From positions 829,073 through 893,072 of the forward strand of contig NMRA01000026.1 of NCBI GenBank assembly GCA_002633005.1: a DNA stretch of 64,000 nucleotides, in the 5' to 3' direction. A program made the translations under genes and the position numbers. The notes below the pieces were generated by a model, which was not told the origin of the DNA, ran no database searches, and was given only the letters and a program-made list of their open reading frames with translations. This DNA comes from Phoronis australis. Its lineage: Eukaryota; Animalia; Phoronida. Shown one piece after another: positions 10,909 to 22,292 of this stretch; the first letter of the stretch is position 1; each line of letters begins with the position of its first letter.

Positions 10909-13606
10909 GAGACATATTGAAGTTTTAACATAAAATTTAGTAAAACTTTGTCTTAGCTAAGTCAAATTTGTTGGATCGGGCCCCTGGTCTTGGTGTGTCA
11001 ACCTTAAAAGTAGAATATGGCAGTGTTTGGCAGATGTGAGAAACTCACGAAAACACAAGATCGCAGAGGTCTTTGCGAGATACAAGCAAAGCAATTGATC
11101 ACACTTCTCGTGAGTTACGTGCATCTGTGAAATGCAACCAGTAGTGTTTCTGTTCTCCTGCATGAGCAAATGTCACTTGATGTGCAAAAGGATTTTGCAT
11201 AGTTCTCTTGCTTAGAACTCAATAATGCTAATATTAGGCAGGATCCTTGAAAATTGTCAAAATTTGGCTAACTTCGGAACATCGTTGTGGCTGATTGGAT
11301 TCATATGGAACTCTCATGTACTGTGCTGTATGAATTGTTTTTAAAATGTCCCATTTTTGCATGACGGGCTGTCTGAAACAGGACTTTTATGTTTTCATGA
11401 AAAATAAAAACTTGCATAATATGAAAATGAAATGATTATTTAGAAAACTGTAAAATCATTTTTGAGATTTACTCTAGAGCATTTATATCTAATGTAATTT
11501 GGCCGTGTTATTGATGGTTTTGCTAAATTTTACTTAAAAGGCGTCAGGTCATGTGACCCAGTCAATGGCAGATTGACATAGTCAAAAATCAAATTCTAGC
11601 TTTCTTTCAGAAAATATATACTTTACCAGGTTAAGCTCGATAGTTGTGTAGGTCATTGGCTCTGTACACAGGCTGAACAGTAACATCCTGCATAACCTCA
11701 AGTAAAACGATGTGCATTTTATGTCTGCATGCATTAAATTATCAGCTCAAGTAACAAAAACATATGACAGACATGACTTGTTCATTTCTGGCATCACAGT
11801 GGCAATGGCTGTATGTCGTTAGCATAGAAAATTGATGGCATATACAAGTTCCTGGCAAGAGAACCATAGCTAAGAGTTGTCTAGGCATAAATGGACAAAA
11901 CATGGCACTTCTCATTTTTCTTGTTGGACCAATATTGACTTGCTATGTGAGACTGACTGTTGTTTTATATTCCACCTACAATTGTATTTATGCATAAATT
12001 ATTTTATTTTCAGTTCTGCAATAACAATATCATTATAACATGATTTCTTTTTTAGTCTTTTATTCATTCTACAGGTAAAATAAAATTCACAAAAATAACA
12101 CACAAACATTTACCATTGATAATACTGTGTGAACTGTGATAAGTCATCTCAAAACACAATCTCTATGATGACCACTTAACATTTTAAATTGAAGTCATAG
12201 AGCAACCAACGAAACACAATTGTTATGCAGGACACCAGAAAAAGCTCCAAATTTGGCCACCATGACTTTGGAAGATCACACTTTACAAATAGCTAATCAG
12301 ATCTATATGCAACTAGCGCATACTCTTCTCCAAAACACTGCCACTTTTACATGCTTAAATCGCCCTTAATTCAACTGTGGTGTGCTAAAATTAAATTTCT
12401 TCAAAAAGTGTCAATAGGGTAAACAGACTGTCCTCTCTTTGATAGATTGCTTAAGGCAGCGCCCACTTTAAACTACGTTTGCCACTTCTTGCATCACAAT
12501 TTATGTTACCAGTTAACTCTCCTTGCCCATCCATTCTCGGGAGCCACTCGAACAGTGTACAGCCAAAAGATTATTATTTGTCTTCCGGCTTTTAATCTGA
12601 GCGTGAGCATGCCATGGATTACAGCCTTTACTTCACTCGTAGACAGATTTTTGATATTTGATTGGCCTTGGAATGATTTCGTCTTAAGAGACTCCTTGAT
12701 GAACAGCACCCTGGACTTGCAAGAAGGAATATCTAACTTGCTGAATTTTAAAATCAAAACCCCATGAGTGAAACCTTCATTTTTAGGACCACGTTGCTGA
12801 GCTGCAAGTTGAGCAAAGTGAATTTGTGTCTAACCGAGTAACCCTAGTGGACAAACAATTAAAAAACTCTATATCCCAAACTGTGCACTCAATCTAATCT
12901 GCAAATTGATCCTACTTTGGACAGGTGATGAGTGATTGTGCCCTCTAGTGTTGGAAAGCAACAACACCATTCATTCTACAAAACTATCTGGTAAAATTGT
13001 CTTAAATTATCGGATTTTTCATGATATGCAAAGTCGAGTACAAATTATTGTTTCCAACACTGAACAGTGTGATGCACATGAATTACCAAAGAAAATCACA
13101 ATACATATCAATGAACTGTACAAATTTCAATTGTATGATTCAGTGGAACAGTTTCCGTAACAAAGTGACGTACACAATAACTAATGTAAATGAAGAGTTA
13201 AGGTATAAAAAAGACGCCCGTGTTTCCAAACAAACTGAAAAACTAATTAACACAATATAATCTGTACAATTAGTCCCTACCATACAACAAACGAACAGCT
13301 TCATAGCCAAGATCTGCCACAAGAGATACTTGCGTAAGAGCCTGCCGAGTTTAATAATTGATTAAATCTGAATTTACAACCGCCGTCAGTTACCACGGTG
13401 ACAGATATCCAGGGCTGCGACCCACAGATTTATGAAAATCACGAGCAAAGGTCGTGTGATTCCGTCGTGCTTTGTACCTAATGCAAACCAATCTATCACG
13501 AACACTTGTGTCAGAGATTTTCATTTTCGTGAGTTTCATGCATCTACTGAACGTAAGCTCGACAAAATGACTCGACAACTAAAGAGCACTAAATCCTCTC
13601 ATCAGA

Positions 13607-13677
13607 TCACGGCCGTCTCCAGCCCAGTATGTGAACTGTGGTTATGAACAAACAATTGACCGAGTGCAGTGCTCCAC
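13607..13677 (-). CDS. Gene 2 candidate terminal exon (short hydrophobic, GPI-like tail)
   Basis: tttgcctccag|GT, phase 1; GGALHSVNCLFITTVHILGWRRP-stop. Minus-strand AATAAA motifs near 12000-12065 could end a ~1.5-kb 3' UTR. Other candidate tails exist. Confidence 0.4.
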
Positions 13678-16600
13678 CTGGAGGCAAATCTTGCTTATGA
13701 AACATCAATAATAGCACCTTTAAAGTACCCATGGACATCATATACTGCGTAACCTCAACGTCACTTAATCCTATCTCTGCCTATATTACAACACTGTAAT
13801 AGCTCGTCAATTAAGGACCCAATATTGCGAATGAGTAAAATTTCACCCCAAACAGCTCTGAATCAATGCTTTACCAATTTCATGTTACATTCCACAACTA
13901 TGGAAAAAGCCTTTGCAATATGAAAAAAGATCAGGCAATTACTTTTTTCCAGAACTGGCGAGATTTCACTGTATTTGCCATAATTACCAATCTTGTTTGG
14001 GCTAATGGCCATACATGGCTTACCACCCACCTCTAGAACTTTTGTTTTTCAGCCTCAATGTTCAGTTATACAATCTCTCCCAATTGATACGCTCAGGACT
14101 ATAGTTTCAAGTTGTGTTAAGTTGACCTCGTACTTTTTGACTCTGTTCCATAATCCAACTAGAGTTGAACACTGTCGTGCAGAGAACTTCATCAGTTTCC
14201 AGACAACGGCCACATACACTACATTCTATGTTCCGGCGAATAAATTTCATTTTAAATATTTCTACTCAGCTTCCCTGATTTGTGAGGTTCTCAGTTTCAA
14301 CGCCCTGGACATTGTAACATGGGAATGAAAGGGAAAGAATTTTTACCAGCCATCAAATTATTTAGCGCCACAGAAGAGAATTAGATTGCCAAGTTTTGAT
14401 TGGCAATAACTCTACGGCGATTGTCTGTTCTCTGATGCATCACTAGGTAACAGCAAATAGCAACCAGATTTTCAGACAGTGATTAAGGGTATACCAATTT
14501 GAAACTGACATTTTTTCAAAAACCCAGGTATTTTTTCTTTAAAAATGGTGTCCGTGGGCACTTTAAAATAAAACTCTAAAGTTCTTTGCAAGAATTGACA
14601 AAACTATGGACAAGACCATCTTGTTATGTGTTGGCCTCAGTTGTTGTGGCGATGAATTAGATTCTCCAACACGAGGTGATCCCTGCTGGTGTTTATCATG
14701 CTCTGAAAAATAAGATAGGGAATTGTTAACTGCGACAACAATACCAAAAACTGATTGCTGATAAATGTTTTATTTTCGTTGCATCATGTCACATTCCTGG
14801 CTATAAACAAATGTTTACGTTCAGCATGTGTCCCGCAATGAACATAGATTGTGCGTCAGCGAAGCTCTGTTTCCAGAGCTCAAAAGATGAGTTAGGGTGG
14901 TGAAAATGGTCATATATTATGATGTATCACTGGAAACAATGCAAAACTATAATGAAAAGGTAAAAGGAAAGGAGGTTTTGGATTTTAGTATGAAGGTTTT
15001 ACCATAAAACTTCTTCAAAACAAGAAATCAGTTTACTATGAGTCTTTCTATGATGCCACTTCAATCTCACTTTTTACCGGTTCTTCTTAACTGGATAAGA
15101 TTTAAATCATTGAAAATTTTTGAAAATGCATGTTTACCATACACTATGCAGTGTTGAGGTTTATTAGAGACTTTGAAAACAAGTAGTATTGTGTCATAAC
15201 AAAAATACAAACCTAAGAAAAATGGGAGTTAAAATTTCCGTTCCTGAACGTGGCCATAGTTGCTTCTTTTTACACAAAATGATTTTCAAAGGCAAAAACT
15301 TCGTTTTTATCAAGTGTTATTTTAGGGCAAAATGGTCTCAGTTAAGGCCCTGGCAGCACTAATTTGGCCAAGCCGCAATCGTAAATTTCCTACAAGAATC
15401 ATCAACAAAGAGGCTGTGAATGTTAAAGCAATCAATGAACTCCAACTGGTCCATGGTTGTATCACCTGACGTGTAATTAGGACGCCAACTCTAATTCGCT
15501 GTATTTAAAAAAAACAAGAAAAGCACAAAAAACAAAGGATTCCACAGCAAAGCATGAACTAAAAACAATGATTTTCCCAAAGATGGCGCTGCATGATGAT
15601 TTGACATTGAGAACATTGCCAACGAAGATAAATCCATCTGCTATATCATGCATGACATGAAGAATTATCGTAATAACATGAGAAGAAAGCATGCAGAGGA
15701 GACCAACAGATGTCACTCACTCGATGAAGATTGACAGAAGGTGTGTTAAAATGCAGAGTGCTAACCACCAATCATTAAGCCTGGCTAATTCATTCTCGAC
15801 TGTTTTGGGCAACCATCAATTGATAATTTTCAAAGGTCTTAGCCTTCAGTTTAGACCAGATGGAACCTTGGATCACCAGACCATCAATATAGCGAGCCAG
15901 AACCCATGCAAGACAAGTGCATGGCACACAAACGTCAAAATATCATTTCAGAGAGTAACATAGACAAGATTTGAAGCGACATTCAGAAAACCCAGAAATC
16001 AAGTCAGTAAGTGGTAGAATATAAAAGTTAGACCAAGCGCTTTTGACAGTGAAATTGTGACAACATCAAAAGCCAAAGGTATCTTGGGCTGTGAAGATTT
16101 TTGTCACCTAACATACACGTAAAAGGGATCATAAGATGGTTGAAAAATCGTTACTGGACTCTGGCTCAGAATCACCATGCACGTAACCTGACATAGTAGT
16201 ATAACAAACAACCTCCTAGAGTTCTAGTGTGTATACGATAACTCCCTCTGGTGTGAACATGCAACAGGCAAGAACTGAGGGATTAGTACAAAGTCCTTTT
16301 GCTACAGTTAGTGATCCAGGTGCTGTGAGGTCAAGCCCACACAGTATGCTATTTTTACTAAGTCTATGGAACTAAATTAGCAAATTGCCAGTGTGCGTAA
16401 TTAGTCAGTCGGGGACACTTTCCACCCTCTATCTGGGGGAAATTCTACGAGCAGAGTGCTGATATTTATATAAACTATAGCAATCTCAAAGTAGTGATTT
16501 TTTTAAAATCAATCACCTCATCCAGAGAGCGTCATTTGGCTGATAAGGGCAAATGGCACAACTTCAAATTACTGCAGCGACAATCACTGCTTACACATAA

Positions 16601-16977
16601 TTTCAAATTTATTACGTGAACCAGAAACATGAATTGCGGTTAGCAGACGCGCTAAAGATGCAGCGTTAGCTAGAATGATGAAAGGTTTGTATCATATGAG
16701 TACAGATAATACAATGTATTGCATTTTTCGCCCATAATGCTTATCACAGAATTGGTTTTGATCAGCTGCTATTCACATCCCTTTCGAGATCAGCCATCTT
16801 GGTTCTTCGTTCCCCAGGTGGACTTACCAACGGGTCGAATTCATGAGGCCTGGATTGCAGGCGGTGGCGATGTGCTGTTAATTTAAGGGTCACCCTATGA
16901 TTTTGGTGAACCCAGTGCATGGCACAGGCAACAGCTAATTTAGAAGATATAGACATGTAAACAGTCACAAATCTTAC

Positions 16978-17001
16978 CCCTCTTTGTGTTGCTCTTTCCA
17001 G
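16978..17001 (-). CDS. Gene 2 candidate 24-nt micro-exon (T-G-K-S-N-T-K-R)
   Basis: Minus strand: tattttgtattttttttgaatag|CTGGAAAGAGCAACACAAAGAGGG|gtaaga; phase 1-1, open frame. Confidence 0.6.
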
Positions 17002-19502
17002 CTATTCAAAAAAAATACAAAATACAGTAAGTACAAGAATCGAGGACTTAAACTTGACTTACATTACAGAGCCTGTTCTATACCCACAAACCAAGGATAG
17101 AAATAGTAATGGTTAGTTAACATGCTCACACGCCAAGAATTGTACGATGACACTTTAATTCGCTTACCTGAAAATTCAACTGGTGCCTGGTGATTTGGTA
17201 AATGGCCCAATTGTGTTGCACACCCAGCAGAATTTATGAGGAACATGATATGGCAACATGATACAAATGTTTTAGGTTGTAAGTCACATTTCTTGTTTGA
17301 TTATAAAAATTCATAACTTAATCATGTGTACTTTTCACAAAATAGTCAAATATTCTGTTTAAAAACTAGAATGGGATGACAATTTAAAAATACCAGTGTC
17401 GTCCCAGTGTGTCTGATGGGTCTAATTATCTAGAGAGCGATAACATAAGAAGCCTGAGGCAATGTAATTGCCTACAAGGTGTCTTTGATCTTTGCGGCAG
17501 ACTCTGCAGTACACAAATCAGAGGAATTGCCCAATCTCGATCAGTGAGGTTGTCGACGTAGGATTCTTTTAAAAAAGCAAGGTCTCCTAACAACAGGCTA
17601 GAAAACAGTAACCCCGCTAACACAGCCAGCTCTATCAAAAGACTGGCTGCGAAATAAGATTAACTTTTACCACTGGTCTACGCACAACTCCTGTACGTAA
17701 TTCAAAAAGGAGTGTTCGCAGTCAATACATATCTTTTCAACCCAAATCTGTTTAAATCTAAAGCAGTGCTCTAAACAGTGATTCTCAGCCAGAGTATCCA
17801 ATCTGGGTTCACGGTTACTCGGTTAAAGCCATGTGCAGCGCCACTTTTAAAAACACAAAAAATATGGGATGGGTTTTGAAATTTCGCTATGTGTAAGTTA
17901 TGAGAAATCCAGACACAGGTGGGTAGTGATCAGGAAATTTCAAAATCTAATACTGGACTTACACACAGTGGCTGACAACATTACGCCATCGTAATCATTG
18001 ATGACACACTGGGCGTGAGAGATTCTGGGCGCTGAAACTTCATGCCTCACAAAAATACAATGTAGTCAGTTCACACTTGCAACTGCAGTAAGTACTAGAT
18101 TTAACAATATTCTGATTAGTTTGGAGGTTTACTACAGCGAATGAGCCTTTTCTGAATATTTACGCAGTACCTAGATTCGAAAATTTCTCCAAGTTTGATT
18201 TGTTCCAACTTGAAATAGGTCAATATCTGCCTCAGTCTTGGTCCGACTGTAAGTGGCTTTAAGGTGATAATCTACCTTCGTTACTAACAATCAAATCTGA
18301 CATGAGAGTATGACTGTCAAAATTCATTACTTCTATTTTTCAAAGGAATATACTGGTGTCTTTATTTTTAACAGCACAGTTCTCAGGATAAAATTCCTTA
18401 AAAGTAAAATCCCACATTTTTGCAAGTAATAGAATAAAGAAACAGACTTTGTAAGTTTCATGAGAAAAAATTATGTTTGTGGAAATCAAGTTTTTTTAGA
18501 AAAATGCAAGTACACGATTTCAAAAATCTCGGCATTAATCATGTACACGTAATGTGATTTTGCGACCATATAGGTTTTTAAAATACACATGGTTTACAAG
18601 GGTCTACTATTAGTTCTTAGTATTAGAAGTTGTTTAATAAATTGGATCCTTGGTATCTTTATTAACAAAGATAGACAATTACCTTATAAGAAATAAATAA
18701 TTTGAAGGTAACAAGTTACCCTTCATGTTATTACACTCAGACTTCAGCTATACTGTGCACAAGATGGGATGTTTATTCCACTAGGGGACACTGCAAGCAT
18801 TTCCACTGATGTAATAATAAAGACACATGCAAGCGTCAAAACATAAAAGAAGCAACATGCAAAATTCTTTTGTTTGAAGTTTTGTATCATCATTACGAAT
18901 ATTGCCAAGTAAACCAAATTTTGAATATGCTGAAAAAAATAATTAATTCTGCTCACATTTGTTTACATCCAAATTTTTTGTCAAACATGCCTTTTCTGAA
19001 CGACAACATCAGGCGATTTCGTTCGTCATAGTCTTTTCCACGTTTTCACCTCAACACAGAATGATTTTCATCAACAGAAAGATATCCGTAAAACCATGGT
19101 TATTTTGTATAATATTGCCTGCATGTATTTGCGTTTCTCACTATTGATCTTCGTAAGTTTACAGAAAGTGAAGTTTGGTGCGACTCAACTTTAGCGGCCA
19201 TTTTGGGCTGCATCACCAATAACTCAAGAATTCTATAAAATTTTCATGTTGTGTTTATTTTGAAAATCGATGTCATTTCCATAAACCAGCACACGGGAAG
19301 ATGTTTCCAATTAATGATTTTGAGTTAAATTTCATTTTATGAAGCGAAAAGAGAGTTTAACTTCTTTAAATGTATTGAAAGCAAGTACCTACAGTGAATA
19401 CTTAAGAATTAAAAATGACAAGTCTCAAGTCATGAAAAGTAGATCTTTAAATACATAACAGGATAGATAGAAGACAATGTAAAGAAAAGTTATAAAACTT
19501 AC

Positions 19503-19652
19503 TATTTAACACAGATAGTATCTTGTAAGTTGTTTTTCTGTTTGAGGCCCGACAAATGTAGGTGCCAGCATCCTTGGTAGAGGCGCGTTTGATATAAAGA
19601 TGACTTACACGTCGTTTGCCTACCACTTTAACAGTGATCTTCCTCTCTCCAT
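19503..19652 (-). CDS. Gene 2 exon: second half of Ig domain 2 (Dpr/zwei-Ig-like)
   Basis: catttcag|AT...AATA|gtaagt; (D)GERKITVKVVGKRRVSHLYIKRASTKDAGTYICRASNRKTTYKILSVLN, containing DxGxYxC. Confidence 0.9.
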
Positions 19653-19779
19653 CTGAAATGGTCAATAATTTCTAATGACCAGTAAAATCTTAATATCAAA
19701 CTGGAGTAAAAACCCATCAACCTACATCATGAAATCAAGGTAAGATACCACAAATATCAACAGCTGAAATGTAACAATT

Positions 19780-20050
19780 CTATATCCAATTCCGTTTAAT
19801 GAACTCAATGCCAATTGCACGACAGCTCAATCCTATCTTGCGCATTCAATACTTTTACATTAATTCAATCCACACTCGTCGATTCCATATCGTGAACTCA
19901 GGATATATACAAAATAGCATTGAGTTCACGATATGGAATCAACGAGTGTGAATTGAATTGATGCAATAGCCTTGAATGCCCACAATTAAGATAGGATTGA
20001 AATGTCGTACAATTGACATATTGCATTTATTAAATGGAACTGAATGTACA
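19780..20050. repeat. Fold-back palindrome (MITE-like), arms ~120-130 bp, loop ~20 nt
   Basis: cacactcgtcgattccatatcgtgaactca ... tgagttcacgatatggaatcaacgagtgtg, with further paired outer segments (tcaatcctatctt / aagataggattga). Confidence 0.8.
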
Positions 20051-21058
20051 ATTTGATTTTTTTGCATAAATGGCAGTCCATAGATCGTGTCCTGTAGAAA
20101 CTTTTATTTGGCGGCACCCAGCTATATTCGCTTTGCAAGAACGAGAAGTCAGGCTCACTCGAGTAAGCTCGTCAGGATTGTGATCTTCAAGCTCTCATTC
20201 CAACGGCAATGCAACTGGGTTTATGAGGGGTTGATTGTCAACCTCATCACCCGACGAGTTGATGTCGCAAGCCAATGACTCGTTGCTGTCACCAACCTCG
20301 CCTTCTTCGCCATCCACAAAATATTCTTGGATCAGATCACTTAGCTCTCGCTGACCTTGGTGCGGCAGTCCGCGACAAGAGTTTATGAGATCCGCTACAC
20401 GTCGATCAGCCATATTACTCTCTTGTCATCATGTTGTGACCCACGACCCCACAACTTCACGCCCACTTGACAAGTTTCAGCGAATGAAGTCACTGATTTA
20501 CAAGGTTAAAAGGTCGTTGCTAGCTGTAAAGACTAGTGAGTGGCACTTCTGATGAATTTACCGCATTTGCAATAAGTGAAATTGTGACTAATGATTGGAC
20601 GAAAAACTCAACAATCTTACTACATGCATAATAAGCAGAGTTTGATCTGTCTTTTGATATGTTTATGAGTGAACTGGGTCATCGGGTGCTTGAGCAAAGC
20701 AGTCACGACTACCAGCATATTTCGATGAAAATTTCACGAGCTATCCAGTCGTGGAGAAAGTGATGTTTTACAAAATCAAATAAATATTTATCGTAATCTA
20801 TTTTGCCCGGGGTACGCCACGAGCTATGTTGCAGAGTAAAACAAGAGGAGGATTGGGAATATTTGTCATTTATTATGACGTAATAGATAAAACTAACTAA
20901 GACTCTGCAAGATGGGCATGCACAAAACGCCCACCGGCGTGTACAATGAATAGCCCTGCAAGAGGGAGAAAAACAAAAGAACTGCCTGAAGGGCTTAAAG
21001 GAAAAGTACAGAACATGAACACAAAACTTGAAAAAACCTAACAGGAAATGTATACGAG

Positions 21059-21138
21059 NNNNNNNNNNNNNNNNNNNNNNNNNNNNNNNNNNNNNNNNNN
21101 NNNNNNNNNNNNNNNNNNNNNNNNNNNNNNNNNNNNNN
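21059..21138. other. Assembly gap (80 N); single-N joins also at 21957, 37289 and 45941
   Basis: Runs of n; 21002-21058 is repeated at 21958-22014 across the gap. Confidence 0.95.
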
Positions 21139-22031
21139 TTTTTTTCCACGAAGTCGCACTCTTTTAATGGTATTAAATGAGATACTTTTTGTTTGTTAGT
21201 CGTCTTCAGGACATTATTAATGACAATTTACACAGAGAATGCGTGAGACATTATTAACCCAAATAAGCCAATCCGGTTTTTGTTTATTCATTATTTATAG
21301 CTTTTATTTGAATGTGTAAGCTAAATACTTGTTCATTGAACTCAATAAAAGTAAAATAATACTTGTTATGAACAATAAGGATAAAAAACACCCCCTCAAC
21401 AGGCTTCATGTACCTTTCAAGTAATTCAAGTTGAGAAAAACGTTATATGCATCCCAAAATATGACTGAAGCTATGCAAGGTGACCTGACAGCTTAGGAAT
21501 GCACTAGTGTCACAATTTTATAAGTTGTTCTTTTTTCATGGTTGAATGTGAGGTCTGTCATTAGGTAACTATAAAAGTGTGGATCTCAAAAATGATAACA
21601 AAAATTCACTTATTTGCAACTTTTAAGTGGTTTTCTTGCTCCCAGAATTTGCTTTGGTTATATGTTCAGGCATACTTCCCCCATATACTTGTTTAACAAT
21701 ATTGAAGTAAACAAGTCAGTTACACAGTGGTCATTCACAGACCAAGGGTCATGATCCATATGACTGTAACTGTGTATTGCATGCTTCAACATCGTAGTTC
21801 CTGGAATTCCATGTGCAGTAGTCTGTACCCTGCATGTCTTTGTTTATTTTATTTGACCTGCATCCACTTCAAACATGCTCTGAGACTGTTTCATACATGA
21901 CAGTGGAGACATAACTAGGAGAAATAGATCGGAGACTTCAGTCACAAGACAGCACCNAAAAGTACAGAACATGAACACAAAACTTGAAAAAACCTAACAG
22001 GAAATGTATACGAGCAAAGAGAAAGTGGAAC

Positions 22032-22176
22032 TGAAGTATTATCTGGCCGGTTAGAGGCGATAATGAAGACACCAGGTTTAGAACAGTAGGTTTATATTTG
22101 AAGACTAAGTACCGAGAGAACTACTTCCTTCACAGCAATATATGACTACGCTACATAGTAATACGATACTACAACA
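22032..22176 (-). repeat. 3' LTR (145 bp)
   Basis: TGAAGTATTATCTGG...TACTACAACA; identical by eye to 26763-26907. Confidence 0.95.
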
Positions 22177-22188
22177 TCCCCCCTCTTT
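22177..22188 (-). promoter_or_regulatory. Polypurine tract
   Basis: AAAGAGGGGGGA on the minus strand, abutting the 3' LTR. Confidence 0.9.
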
Positions 22189-22292
22189 AGTAAATGCGGT
22201 TATAATACGGTGATAACTTGATCTTGTAGCAGGGGCTAAGTACGTAAGTATGATTACGCATATGATATCTTAGTAAGCTAGTGTCCTAATAT

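Noticed and set aside
17426-17638. ORF with a signal-peptide-like N-terminus (MIELAVLAGLLFSS...)
   Set aside because: It starts at TTG, lies in an intron, and shows no fitting splice sites or domain motif.
20545-20600. CTGATGA...GAAA hammerhead-like core
   Set aside because: A stem II can be drawn, but stems I and III and an NUH cleavage triplet cannot; CTGATGA near 29260 (minus strand) lacks a following GAAA.
21139-21956. 818-bp segment between the gap and the single N as a genuine insertion
   Set aside because: Bounded by Ns on both sides with duplicated flanks; its placement is unreliable.
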